Virus record (IMG/VR): IMGVR_UViG_2667527592_000009
Location: 1-28,293 of that record
Strand: one strand, 5' to 3'
Length of the DNA: 28,293 bases
Origin: a virus
Lineage: Duplodnaviria; Heunggongvirae; Uroviricota; Caudoviricetes
Below, in pieces: positions 19,537 through 28,293 of the stretch. Each line of letters opens with the position of its first letter. Position 1 is the stretch's first letter. The position numbers were made by a program, and so were the translations under genes. The notes under the pieces were generated by a model. The model was given only the letters and a program-made list of their open reading frames with translations. It did no database searches and was not told the DNA's origin.

Positions 19537-19739
19537 TGAAAGTGCGTGCGCATCAGTATGACACGGTGGACGCACTTTGCTGGCGTCATTACGGGCGCAC
19601 GCAGGGTGTCACGGAGCAGGTACTGAAGGCAAATCCGGGGCTTGCCGAATACGGCCCCTTTTTACCTCACGGGCTGCAGGTGGAGCTGCCGGACATTCCG
19701 ACAACCACCACCGTGCAGACCGTCCAGCTATGGGACTGA
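19536..19739 (+). CDS. X: Tail protein X (P2 gpX-like)
   Basis: 67-aa ORF in conserved position between L and the lysis genes. Confidence 0.7.
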   Translation: MKVRAHQYDTVDALCWRHYGRTQGVTEQVLKANPGLAEYGPFLPHGLQVELPDIPTTTTVQTVQLWD

Positions 19740-19742
19740 ATT

Positions 19743-19958
19743 ATGACGCTTGAGCGAATCAGCGCCTTTATCACGTATTGCATCGCCGTCGTGCTGGCCT
19801 GGCTGGGCGATTTGTCCATCAAGGATGCCTCAACGCTGGGCGGCCTGATGATCGGTGTGCTGATGCTGGCTATCAACTGGTACTACAAACACAAAGCCTA
19901 CCAGCTTCTGCGCGACGGGCAGATCTCGCGGGAGGACTATGAATCCATCAATCGTTAA
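19743..19958 (+). CDS. Holin (small, two hydrophobic segments; pinholin-like)
   Basis: 71-aa ORF with hydrophobic segments FITYCIAVVLAWL and LGGLMIGVLMLAINWYY and a charged C-terminus; immediately upstream of the endolysin. Confidence 0.6.
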   Translation: MTLERISAFITYCIAVVLAWLGDLSIKDASTLGGLMIGVLMLAINWYYKHKAYQLLRDGQISREDYESINR

Positions 19959-20451
19959 ACGCTGCCTTGTCGGGGCCGTGCTGGCTATTGCTGCCACGCT
20001 GCCGGGGTTTCAGCAGCTTCACACCTCCGAGGAGGGACTGAAACTGATCGCCGATTATGAAGGCTGTCGTCTGCAGCCGTATCAGTGCAACGCGGGTGTC
20101 TGGACCGACGGCATTGGTAATACGTCGGGCGTCATTCCCGGCAAAATTATTACGGAACGACAGGCAGCTGAAGGGCTGATCTCCAACGTGCTACGAGTGG
20201 AGCGGGCGTTGGAAAGGTGTGTGAAGCAACAGCCGCCGCAGAAGGTGTATGACGCTACGGTGTCGTTTGCCTTCAACGTGGGGACGGGCAATGCCTGTAG
20301 TTCCACGCTGGTGAAATTGCTCAATCAGCGGCGCTGGGTGGATGCATGCCGACAGTTGCCGCGCTGGGTTTATGTGAAAGGTGTTTTTAATCAGGGGCTG
20401 GATAACCGCCGTGCGCGGGAGATGGCCTGGTGTTTACAGGGAGCAAACTGA
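19939..20451 (+). CDS. Endolysin, T4-type lysozyme fold with N-terminal SAR (signal-anchor-release) segment
   Basis: 170-aa ORF; Gly/Ala-rich weakly hydrophobic N-terminus CLVGAVLAIAATLPG followed by the catalytic E...D...T triad region (EGLKLIADYEGC...WTDGIGNT). Confidence 0.75.
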   Translation: MNPSIVKRCLVGAVLAIAATLPGFQQLHTSEEGLKLIADYEGCRLQPYQCNAGVWTDGIGNTSGVIPGKIITERQAAEGLISNVLRVERALERCVKQQPPQKVYDATVSFAFNVGTGNACSSTLVKLLNQRRWVDACRQLPRWVYVKGVFNQGLDNRRAREMAWCLQGAN

Positions 20452-20452
20452 A

Positions 20453-20830
20453 ATGAAAAAGAAATTAATCAGCGGACTGTTTCTGATGTTATGGATGGCG
20501 CTGTTAATCGCAGCAATGGTGTATCCGCAGGGGATTTTTCCGGTACTGGCAGCGTCCGGCGTTTGGGTAGCCTGTTTGCTGACATGGGCGGTAATTCCGG
20601 TAGCACTGGCTGCGTTAATTAAGAATGGCCCGCTCTGGCAGGAGTTAAGGGCATCTTTGCTGAAGACAATTACTCGAAAAGAAAACGTATTTACCAGTTG
20701 GGTGATGCGATTGCTGATTGTTGTAAGTCTCGCCTGGACGGGGTGGGCTATTACCCTGGTCTTTTATCTACTGACCGTTATTGCCTTCTGGATCACCCGT
20801 AATCAGATGGCGCAACAGGTAGCAGCATGA
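20453..20830 (+). CDS. lysA: LysA-like membrane protein (lysis timing)
   Basis: 125-aa ORF from ATG 20453 (RBS GGGAG) with multiple predicted TM segments. Confidence 0.5.
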   Translation: MKKKLISGLFLMLWMALLIAAMVYPQGIFPVLAASGVWVACLLTWAVIPVALAALIKNGPLWQELRASLLKTITRKENVFTSWVMRLLIVVSLAWTGWAITLVFYLLTVIAFWITRNQMAQQVAA

Positions 20831-21255
20831 ACCGGTTGCTGCTGGTTGTGCTGACGTTATTACTGGCGGCGCTGGGCTGGCAGACGTGGCGGCTGGCTGA
20901 TGCCAGCCAGACCATCAGCACGCAGGCAGACGAGCTGCAGAGCAAAAGCCAGGCACTGGCAAAGAGCAATAGCCAGCTTATCAGCCTGTCCATTCTGACT
21001 GAAACCAATAACCGGGAGCAGGCGCGGCTCTATGCCGAAGCAGAACAGACCAGCACGCTGCTGAGACAACGACAACACCGGATCGAGGAACTGAAACGTG
21101 AGAACGAGGATTTACGCCGCTGGGCTGATACTCCTTTGCCTGCTGACATTATCCGGCTGCGGAAACGTCCGGCACTCACCGGAGGTATGGCTTACCGTCA
21201 GTGGTTGTCCGCGAGTGACGCCGTGTCGGCTGGATCAGGCAACGCCGCGCACTAA
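20827..21255 (+). CDS. lysB: LysB, Rz-like inner-membrane spanin
   Basis: 142-aa ORF with N-terminal TM segment and coiled-coil periplasmic region; contains an embedded +1-frame lipoprotein ORF. Confidence 0.65.
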   Translation: MNRLLLVVLTLLLAALGWQTWRLADASQTISTQADELQSKSQALAKSNSQLISLSILTETNNREQARLYAEAEQTSTLLRQRQHRIEELKRENEDLRRWADTPLPADIIRLRKRPALTGGMAYRQWLSASDAVSAGSGNAAH

Positions 21256-21388
21256 CGGTGATCTGAACGCGTTGCTGGATGAAACGGAGGCCGCCTGGGC
21301 GGTCTGTGCAGACAAAGTGGACATGATTATTGCGTGTCAGGAGCGAAACAGTGAACAAACCACAATCCCTGCGCCACGCCCTCAATAA
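21098..21388 (+). CDS. lysC: LysC, Rz1-like outer-membrane lipoprotein spanin
   Basis: 96-aa ORF starting inside lysB in another frame; signal peptide with lipobox LTLSGC; Pro-rich. Confidence 0.6.
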   Translation: MRTRIYAAGLILLCLLTLSGCGNVRHSPEVWLTVSGCPRVTPCRLDQATPRTNGDLNALLDETEAAWAVCADKVDMIIACQERNSEQTTIPAPRPQ

Positions 21389-21782
21389 AGCGGTGCCTTA
21401 TGTCCGCAATAACCCGGACAAACTGCATCTGTTTGTGGATAACGGTTCGCTGGTTGCCACGGGGGCCAGCTCCATGTCGTGGGAGTACCGTTACACACTG
21501 AACGCGGTGATTGAGGATTTCAGCGGCGACCAGAATCTGCTGATGGCCCCGGTTTTGCTGTGGCTGAGGGATAACCAGCCCGATGCCATCAATAACCCGG
21601 CGTTACGGGAAAAGCTATTCACCTTTGAGGTGGATATTCTGCGCAACGATGTCTGTGATATCAGCCTGAACCTGCAACTGACGGAACGTGTGCTGGTCAG
21701 CACTGACGGCAGTGTGTCGAGCGTTGAAGCTATAGCGGAACCTGATGCACCTGAAGAAATGTGGACGGTGAAATGTGGCTGA
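21330..21782 (+). CDS. R: Tail completion protein R (P2 gpR-like); true start may be GTG at 21348
   Basis: About 150-aa ORF in conserved lysis-R-S order. Confidence 0.7.
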   Translation: MRVRSETVNKPQSLRHALNKAVPYVRNNPDKLHLFVDNGSLVATGASSMSWEYRYTLNAVIEDFSGDQNLLMAPVLLWLRDNQPDAINNPALREKLFTFEVDILRNDVCDISLNLQLTERVLVSTDGSVSSVEAIAEPDAPEEMWTVKCG

Positions 21783-22233
21783 ACTGCAGAAGGTGGACGA
21801 CTGGCTGAGTGCCTTGCTGGCGAATCTGGAACCAGCCTCGAGAAGCCGCATGATGCGCCAGCTGGCGCAGGAACTTCGCCGGACACAGCAGCAGAATATC
21901 AGGATGCAGCGCAACCCTGACGGCAGCAGCTATGAACCGCGACGGGTAACAGCACGCAGTAAAAAAGGCCGTATCAAACGTCAGATGTTTGCAAAGCTGC
22001 GCACCACAAAATACCTGAAAACTGCCGCCAGCGCCGACTCTGCCAGCGTGCAGTTTGAAGGTAAGGTACAGCGCATTGCCCGTGTTCACCATTACGGTCT
22101 GCGTGATCGCGTCAGTCGCAAAGGACCGGACGTACGGTATGCAGAGCGGCGTTTGTTGGGTATTAACAATGATATTGAGAACAACGTTAAGAATGTTTTT
22201 TATCAATGGTTAATTAATAACAATAAGCCGTAA
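21775..22233 (+). CDS. S: Tail completion/virion morphogenesis protein S (P2 gpS-like)
   Basis: 152-aa ORF overlapping the R stop. Confidence 0.75.
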   Translation: MAELQKVDDWLSALLANLEPASRSRMMRQLAQELRRTQQQNIRMQRNPDGSSYEPRRVTARSKKGRIKRQMFAKLRTTKYLKTAASADSASVQFEGKVQRIARVHHYGLRDRVSRKGPDVRYAERRLLGINNDIENNVKNVFYQWLINNNKP

Positions 22234-22259
22234 AAATTTTAGATTAAAAATAAGTTATG

Positions 22260-22286
22260 AACGGGTGGCCTAGGAGGCCACCCGTT
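22260..22286. terminator. Bidirectional Rho-independent terminator between S (plus) and the minus-strand insert gene
   Basis: Perfect 12-bp stem AACGGGTGGCCT / AGGCCACCCGTT with 3-nt loop; T-runs on both strands. Confidence 0.6.
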
Positions 22287-22288
22287 AT

Positions 22289-23989
22289 TTATTCAAGGTG
22301 ATTTGAAAGAGTAATTAATGGCTCAATCGGTTGGAACGCTTTTAAGGATGTTAATATGTTTTTAACTTCCTTTGATACGATAGATAACGGGTTGTCTGTT
22401 ACAGATAAGTAGGTGGTTAAATCTTGACCTGAAACACGGATAACATGTGGTAATATCGCAGTTATAACTGGTGTCCAAAGGTCGATTAAATCATCCAGAG
22501 AGTTATTTTTAGATAATGCTGTATCATATTTATATTTTATTTTCTTCTTGTTCAAAGGTTTATCTGTTAATTCTTCAAGTATTTCTCCGATGACGGATAT
22601 TAAAAAGAATCGAGACTTTAAATTTTGGAGGAATAATAAGTTATCCTCATCTACTTTAATTTTATTCTCTTTTGCACGGATTTGAGATTTTACTTTTTCT
22701 ATAGCTTTTGAAATAGTGTAAGCACATAAAATATGCTGGGCTTTCGAATCATGAAAGGCATTGTCATAGGCTGATTTTGTATCGAAAACGTAGTTTTTAC
22801 CTCTATTGGCGCTAACATAATCCCCATGTAACGCTATCAGCGGTTGAGCAACAGACTCAATGCCAAATAAAGAACCAGTATTTTCGAAGCCGCGTTTCAG
22901 TGAATATGTATAACCAAGAGTGGAAAATTCTTCTGCCACCTGTTTTTGTTCTGTGCTGTTAGAGTAGTGATCCCAGGTTGTAATATGATTCTGAGTATTA
23001 TTATACTGGACTATTTTTTTTACTTTGTCCGCATCATTACATTCAATAACCTTACAAAGGACTTTTAGGCCATCTAATTTTTGTATATCTTGAACTGAAC
23101 CAATAGAACCAGTGGTTTGAGCTCCATTTATGATTGAAACTCCTTCCAACAACCCTTTTTCTTTGTTGAATTTTGTTGTTAGGATTGATACACCATTGTT
23201 AAAGACAAAGAAGTCTTTTGGGGATGTTTCTGCGGTATTCTTAATTGATGAGTTTATTTTTCTTCTCTTATTTAATCCCATGAACCCCCTATAATTAGCA
23301 GAAAATAATTCTGCTCCATAATTTTTGTATAAATAATTTAGCCAAGTGCCGTTTGCAAAGCCAACATGTGAAGTCCAGCCATCACCTTGTACAGAATTTA
23401 TAAGTTCGCCATTGAACTTTATATTGTCAGTCACAACAATTTGTTGTGATAGCGCAATATACAATTTTTCAAGACTATTAACACCAAGTTCTCTGTAAGT
23501 TACCTCAATTTCTTTGTCTGCAAATCTACCTGCTAGATAGTCACGACAAGTTTCAAGCTCAGTTTTAACCTGCTCAGATTCGGCACAATTATGGATATAT
23601 AATAATTCAACAGCTTCAATTTCGTTATCATCAATTAATTTTCTAACCTCAGAAATTTTTGCTCTTAATTTTGCATTTGGAGACTCTCCTGAGCCTGCCA
23701 TAATCCACGCTAAAGCAGTGTTTAAGTCAGAAGCTTTATTTGCAGGCGCAACTATTTTAAGTGCTTGCTGATTGCAATAGTAACCCTGAGCAATAAATAA
23801 CGTTGAATTAATTACGGTAATGAAGTCTATTTTCTTATCGTTTCCACCATCAGTAAGTCCATCAGATGCTAGCTTATCAAAATCGGATTCATCTAAGTAA
23901 AGACCTAATGACCATAAAAGATGTGCGTTACTAGTCCCGTACTTTTCTAACAGGGAAGTTTTATTTTGCAGTTGTCTTAAGTGTTCCAT
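22289..23989 (-). CDS. Large AT-rich hypothetical protein, AIPR-like abortive-infection candidate (defence moron)
   Basis: 566-aa minus-strand ORF interrupting the otherwise contiguous S-V late-gene order; markedly AT-rich; own terminator; AIPR-family call is from recalled sequence character and is unverified. Confidence 0.5.
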   Translation of the reverse strand: MEHLRQLQNKTSLLEKYGTSNAHLLWSLGLYLDESDFDKLASDGLTDGGNDKKIDFITVINSTLFIAQGYYCNQQALKIVAPANKASDLNTALAWIMAGSGESPNAKLRAKISEVRKLIDDNEIEAVELLYIHNCAESEQVKTELETCRDYLAGRFADKEIEVTYRELGVNSLEKLYIALSQQIVVTDNIKFNGELINSVQGDGWTSHVGFANGTWLNYLYKNYGAELFSANYRGFMGLNKRRKINSSIKNTAETSPKDFFVFNNGVSILTTKFNKEKGLLEGVSIINGAQTTGSIGSVQDIQKLDGLKVLCKVIECNDADKVKKIVQYNNTQNHITTWDHYSNSTEQKQVAEEFSTLGYTYSLKRGFENTGSLFGIESVAQPLIALHGDYVSANRGKNYVFDTKSAYDNAFHDSKAQHILCAYTISKAIEKVKSQIRAKENKIKVDEDNLLFLQNLKSRFFLISVIGEILEELTDKPLNKKKIKYKYDTALSKNNSLDDLIDLWTPVITAILPHVIRVSGQDLTTYLSVTDNPLSIVSKEVKNILTSLKAFQPIEPLITLSNHLE

Positions 23990-24062
23990 TTACCAAGCTT
24001 CTTTTTTGTTAATGAGATAACTCTCAATAATTTATAGATAGTAGTCGTTTTTTGCCAGTTGT

Positions 24063-24080
24063 TTGTGACAGCCGTGATAC
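24063..24080. promoter_or_regulatory. Late-promoter activator dyad TGT-N12-ACA upstream of V
   Basis: TGTgacagccgtgatACA about 50 bp upstream of the V start codon. Confidence 0.4.
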
Positions 24081-24127
24081 AACTATCAAAGCTACTTCTC
24101 AATTTTGAGATATAGCAGTCTATTTTC

Positions 24128-24706
24128 ATGAACACACAACTAACCGAAATCATGCGCCTTATCACCAACCTGATCCGCACTGGGGTAGTCACCGAAGTGG
24201 ACCGGGAAAACTGGCTTTGTCGGGTGAAAACAGGCGACTTAGAAACCAACTGGATCAGCTGGCTGACCCTGCGTGCCGGGAATGCCCGGACATGGTGGCG
24301 ACCATCGGAAGGTGAGCAGGTGGTGCTGCTGAGTCTGGGCGGCAATCTGGAGACCGCCTTTGCGCTGCCCGCTGTCTATTCGAATCAGTTCGCACCACCG
24401 TCGACGTCGGCGGACGCCTGCGTGACAGAACATCCTGACGGTGGCTGGTTTGAATACGAACCCGCCACCGGGCGCTGGTATGTCAGGGGCATCAAATCCA
24501 TGGTTATTGAGGCTGCCGACAATATCACCCTGAAAACCAGTGAGTTTGTGCTGGAGGCTGACCGCACGCGTATTAATAGTGAAGTAGTGATCAATGGCGG
24601 CGTTACCCAGGGCGGCGGTGCGATGAGTTCTAACGGGATCGTGGTTGATGCGCATCAGCATACTGGCGTCCTGAAAGGCGGCGATACAACCGGAGGCCCG
24701 GTATGA
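24128..24706 (+). CDS. V: Baseplate assembly/spike protein V (P2 gpV-like)
   Basis: 192-aa ORF with Gly-rich C-terminus; conserved V-W-J-I order. Confidence 0.8.
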   Translation: MNTQLTEIMRLITNLIRTGVVTEVDRENWLCRVKTGDLETNWISWLTLRAGNARTWWRPSEGEQVVLLSLGGNLETAFALPAVYSNQFAPPSTSADACVTEHPDGGWFEYEPATGRWYVRGIKSMVIEAADNITLKTSEFVLEADRTRINSEVVINGGVTQGGGAMSSNGIVVDAHQHTGVLKGGDTTGGPV

Positions 24707-25062
24707 CGCTTTATAGCGGGATGAACAATACCAGCGGTAAAGCCATTACTGATATTGACCATCTGCGCCAGTCGGTGCGGGACATTCTGCTGACACCGCA
24801 GGGTAGCCGCATTGCTCGCCGGGAATATGGTTCCCTGCTGTCGGCACTGATAGATCAGCCACAAAATCCGGCATTACGCCTGCAGATCATGTCGGCAGTG
24901 TATGTGGCGCTGAGTCGCTGGGAGCCACGGCTGATGCTGGATTCCATCACCATCAACAGCAATTTTGACGGTTCAATGATGGTGGAGCTGACCGGGCGGC
25001 GGAATAACGGTGTACCTGTGTCCCTTTCCGTATCAACAGGAGCAGAGAATGGCAGTGATTGA
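24703..25062 (+). CDS. W: Baseplate protein W (P2 gpW / gp25-like)
   Basis: 119-aa ORF; RBS GGAGG; overlaps V stop. Confidence 0.8.
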   Translation: MTLYSGMNNTSGKAITDIDHLRQSVRDILLTPQGSRIARREYGSLLSALIDQPQNPALRLQIMSAVYVALSRWEPRLMLDSITINSNFDGSMMVELTGRRNNGVPVSLSVSTGAENGSD

Positions 25063-25957
25063 CCTTTCGCAGTTGCCTGCACCGCAGATTGTGGATGTGC
25101 CGGACTTTGAGACGCTGCTTGCCGAACGCAAGGCAGAATTTGTGGCGCTTCATCCGAAAGATGAGCAGGAAGCAGTGATCCGCACGCTGGAACTGGAATC
25201 TGAACCCGTCACCAAATTGTTGCAGGAGAACGCTTATCGTGAGTTGCTTCTGCGCCAGCGCATTAACGAAGCCGCGCAGGCGGTGATGGCGGCTTATGCC
25301 ATAGGGAGCGATCTGGACCAGCTCGCTGCCAATTACAACGTGAAACGCCTGACGGTGACGCCTGCTGATAATGACGCTGTGCCGCCCGTTGCGGCAGTGA
25401 TGGAAAGTGATGAAGCGTTACGCCTGCGTGTGCCTGCAGCCTTTGAAGGGCTTTCAGTTGCGGGGCCAACTGCAGCTTATGAATTTCATGCCCGAAGCGC
25501 CGACGGTCGGGTGGCGGATGCCAGTGCAACCAGCCCGGCACCTGCAGAGGTGGTGCTGACTGTCCTTAGCCGCGAAGGCGACGGAACAGCAGAAAAAGAC
25601 CTGCTGGATGTGGTGGAGAAAGCCCTGAACAGTGAGAACGTCCGCCCGGTGGCTGACCGTCTTACGGTTCGCAGCGCAGAAATCATCCCGTACCGCGTGG
25701 AAGCCACCATTTTTCTCTATCCGGGGCCCGAAGCAGAGCCGGTAATGGCAGCGGCAAAAGCCAGCCTGCAGAAGTACATCGCCAGTCAGACGCGGCTTGG
25801 TCGGGATATTCGCCGTAGTGCCATTTTTGCCGCGCTGCATGTTGAGGGGGTTCAACGTGTGGAGCTGGCTTCACCGCTGGCTGATGTGGTCCTGAACAAA
25901 ACACAGGCCGCATCATGTACGCAGTGGAGCGTAACCAACGGAGGAACGGATGAATAG
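25049..25957 (+). CDS. J: Baseplate protein J (P2 gpJ-like)
   Basis: ATG 25049 with RBS AGGAG; 302 aa. Confidence 0.85.
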   Translation: MAVIDLSQLPAPQIVDVPDFETLLAERKAEFVALHPKDEQEAVIRTLELESEPVTKLLQENAYRELLLRQRINEAAQAVMAAYAIGSDLDQLAANYNVKRLTVTPADNDAVPPVAAVMESDEALRLRVPAAFEGLSVAGPTAAYEFHARSADGRVADASATSPAPAEVVLTVLSREGDGTAEKDLLDVVEKALNSENVRPVADRLTVRSAEIIPYRVEATIFLYPGPEAEPVMAAAKASLQKYIASQTRLGRDIRRSAIFAALHVEGVQRVELASPLADVVLNKTQAASCTQWSVTNGGTDE

Positions 25958-26555
25958 TCTGCTGCCACCGGGTTCAACTTCACTGGAGCGCCGACTGGCG
26001 CAGACCTGTAGCGGGATTTCTGATCTGCAGGTGCCGCTGCGTGACTTGTGGAATCCGGCAACCTGTCCGGTCAGTTTCCTGCCTTATCTCGCCTGGGCGT
26101 TCTCTGTGGATCGCTGGGATGAGGGCTGGACAGAAAGCGTCAAGCGCCAGGTGGTGAAGGATGCTTTTTATATTCATCAGCATAAAGGGACCACCAGTGC
26201 CGTGCGGCGGGTGGTGGAGCCGTTCGGCTTTCTGATCCGCATTATTGAGTGGTGGCAGACCGGAGAGGCACCGGGCACGTTTCGTCTGGATATCGGCGTG
26301 CAGGACCAGGGCATCACTGAAGATACCTATCTGGAACTTGAGCGACTGATAAGCGATGCCAAACCATGTAGCCGTCACATGATCGGCATGTCCATCAACC
26401 TGCAGACCAGCGGCCCGCATTGGGTGGGAGCCGCCAGCTATCTTGGCGAAGAAATCACGATCTATCCGTATATCAACGAAACAATTATTTCCGGCGGCAC
26501 CGCGCATGAAGGTGGGGCGGTCCATGTTATTGACACAATGAGAGTGAATCCATGA
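25950..26555 (+). CDS. I: Baseplate/tail formation protein I (P2 gpI-like)
   Basis: 201-aa ORF, RBS GGAGG, overlaps J stop. Confidence 0.8.
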   Translation: MNSLLPPGSTSLERRLAQTCSGISDLQVPLRDLWNPATCPVSFLPYLAWAFSVDRWDEGWTESVKRQVVKDAFYIHQHKGTTSAVRRVVEPFGFLIRIIEWWQTGEAPGTFRLDIGVQDQGITEDTYLELERLISDAKPCSRHMIGMSINLQTSGPHWVGAASYLGEEITIYPYINETIISGGTAHEGGAVHVIDTMRVNP

Positions 26556-27958
26556 GCACAAAATTTTATACCCTGCTGACGGATATTGGCGCGGCGAAAC
26601 TTGCCAGCGCCGCCGCGCTCGGTGTGCCTTTAAAAATTACCCATATGGCGGTCGGCGATGGCGGTGGAACATTGCCAACGCCGGACGCAAAGCAGACAGC
26701 ATTGGTAAATGAGAAACGCCGGGCTGCGCTGAATATGCTCTATATCGACCCGCAGAACAGCAGCCAGATTATTGCTGAACAGGTGATCCCTGAAAACGAG
26801 GGCGGTTGGTGGATACGTGAAGTGGGCCTGTTTGATGAGTCCGGGGCATTGATTGCCGTGGGCAACTGCCCGGAAAGTTATAAGCCGCAACTGGCTGAAG
26901 GCAGCGGGCGTACCCAGACCGTGCGTATGGTGTTGATTACCAGCAGCACGGACAAGATCACCCTGAAAATCGACCCTGCCGTAGTGCTGGCAACCCGCAA
27001 GTATGTGGATGATAAGGTACTGGAGCTGAAGGTGTACGCAGATGATCAGATGGCAAAACATCTTGCCGCACCGGACCCGCATTCACAGTATGCACAGAAA
27101 GAAAGTCCTACGTTTACCGGGACACCCAAAGCGCCAACGCCAGCGGCGGGGAATAACACCACGCAGGTTGCGACCACCGAGTTTGTTCAGGCGGCACTGA
27201 CGGCTCTTATTAATGGTGCGCCAGCCACGCTGGATACGCTGAAAGAAATAGCTGTAGCCATTAACAATGATCCGAAATTCAGTACCACCATTAACAATGC
27301 GCTGGCACTGAAAGCGCCGCTATCGAGTCCGGCACTCACCGGAACGCCAACAGCCCCCACGGCGGCGCAGTCGGTCAACAATACACAGATTGCCACTACG
27401 GCTTTTGTGAAATCAGCGATTGCAGCAATGGTGGGTTCTGCACCCGCGGCACTGGATACACTGAACGAACTGGCGGCGGCACTGGGGAATGATCCGAACT
27501 TTGCCACGACAATGCTTAATGCGCTGGCAGGTAAACAACCGCTGGACAATACGCTTACCAATTTGAGTGGAAAGGATGTGGCTGGTCTTCTCGCATACCT
27601 TGGTTTAGGAGAAGCGGCGAAAAGGGATGTGGGCACAGGAGATAATCAGATACCGGATATGGGAGCATTCGCTTCTGGTTCGGGATGGTTCAGGCTACCA
27701 GGTGGATATATTGTTCAGTTTGGCACTTTTTCAGGAAACACGACCCGCTTTATCAGTGGACACTTCCCTATACCATTCCCTAATCAGCCGATGGTTTCAG
27801 TCAGTGTTATGTCTGATGCCGTTCAGTCAGCCCCGTCGAATCCTGCCCCGCAGGTTTTGTCTGTAAATTTTGAACATATCAGTAATTCAGCGTGGCGTGT
27901 GGCAACCAGTGATATCTCACAGCAATACAGATTCAGTTATATTTCGATAGGACGGTAG
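26552..27958 (+). CDS. H: Tail fibre protein H
   Basis: 468-aa ORF with conserved N-terminal tail-fibre region and two tandem diverged repeat units of about 70 aa, Ala/Thr-rich. Confidence 0.8.
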   Translation: MSTKFYTLLTDIGAAKLASAAALGVPLKITHMAVGDGGGTLPTPDAKQTALVNEKRRAALNMLYIDPQNSSQIIAEQVIPENEGGWWIREVGLFDESGALIAVGNCPESYKPQLAEGSGRTQTVRMVLITSSTDKITLKIDPAVVLATRKYVDDKVLELKVYADDQMAKHLAAPDPHSQYAQKESPTFTGTPKAPTPAAGNNTTQVATTEFVQAALTALINGAPATLDTLKEIAVAINNDPKFSTTINNALALKAPLSSPALTGTPTAPTAAQSVNNTQIATTAFVKSAIAAMVGSAPAALDTLNELAAALGNDPNFATTMLNALAGKQPLDNTLTNLSGKDVAGLLAYLGLGEAAKRDVGTGDNQIPDMGAFASGSGWFRLPGGYIVQFGTFSGNTTRFISGHFPIPFPNQPMVSVSVMSDAVQSAPSNPAPQVLSVNFEHISNSAWRVATSDISQQYRFSYISIGR

Positions 27959-27960
27959 AA

Positions 27961-28293
27961 ATGCAGAAATATATTTTCAGTGCCGATAAAAATGCGTTTT
28001 TCCCTGTGGAGCTTAAAATCGCTTATCAGGAATCCGGCGAATGGCCCGGTGATGGAATCGAAATTGACGACACTGTTGCCGCCGAATTTATGAAGGAAGC
28101 ACCAGAAGGAAAATACAGAGGTGTCATCGACGGAATGCCTGCATGGATTGATACTCCACCGCCAACTCATGAGGAACAAATTGCCGCAGCCGAACTGGAA
28201 AAGCAGCAATTGATTAATCAGGTCAACGAATACATAAACAGTAAGCAATGGCCTGGTAAAGCGGCGATTGGTCGCCTGAAAGGTGAGGAACTG
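27961..28293 (+). CDS. G: Tail fibre assembly chaperone (gpG/Tfa-like), 3' end truncated by window
   Basis: ORF MQKYIFSADKNAFFPVELKIAYQESGEWPG... starts 3 nt after H stop and runs to the window edge. Confidence 0.7.
   Translation, partial: MQKYIFSADKNAFFPVELKIAYQESGEWPGDGIEIDDTVAAEFMKEAPEGKYRGVIDGMPAWIDTPPPTHEEQIAAAELEKQQLINQVNEYINSKQWPGKAAIGRLKGEEL

Larger units (their letters stand above)
1661..28293. mobile_element. Integrated P2/186-family temperate prophage (left att to tail-fibre region; continues beyond window end)
   Basis: att core next to tyrosine integrase, 186-type cI/apl/cII switch, replication gene A, cos-like motif, and P2-order late genes Q-P/O-N-M-L-X-lysis-R-S-V-W-J-I-H-G. 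Confidence 0.9.

Noticed and set aside
27187-27636. 149-aa Ala-rich minus-strand ORF inside H
   Set aside because: Artefact of the Ala/Thr-rich repeat region of the tail fibre gene read in antisense.

Overview
The window holds the host gene csiD/glaH (1-978, minus strand) followed by about 26.6 kb of an integrated P2/186-family temperate prophage that runs past the window end. The most notable cargo is a Retron-Ec67-type retron (msr/msd plus a 586-aa RT-TOPRIM fusion) sitting between a cos-like site and the portal gene; this is a known defence family, not a new one. Three less-characterised AT-rich inserts are the better candidates for something undescribed: a 566-aa gene between tail genes S and V (AIPR-like abortive-infection candidate), a 216-aa membrane protein between att and int, and a signal-peptide protein near cos. 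The prophage boundary is a 45-nt copy of the tmRNA (ssrA) 3' end at 1661-1705. From there the order is int, a 186-type cI/apl/cII switch, an early operon (TraR-like, ASCH-like, Dam methyltransferase, replication initiator A), a LexA-box-controlled small-ORF/DinI module, cos, the retron, then late genes in P2 order (Q, P, O, N, M, L, X, holin, endolysin, LysA/B/C, R, S, V, W, J, I, H, G partial). All calls come from reading the sequence and the supplied ORF translations against recalled family features; no database or HMM search was run, so family names are hypotheses to verify.
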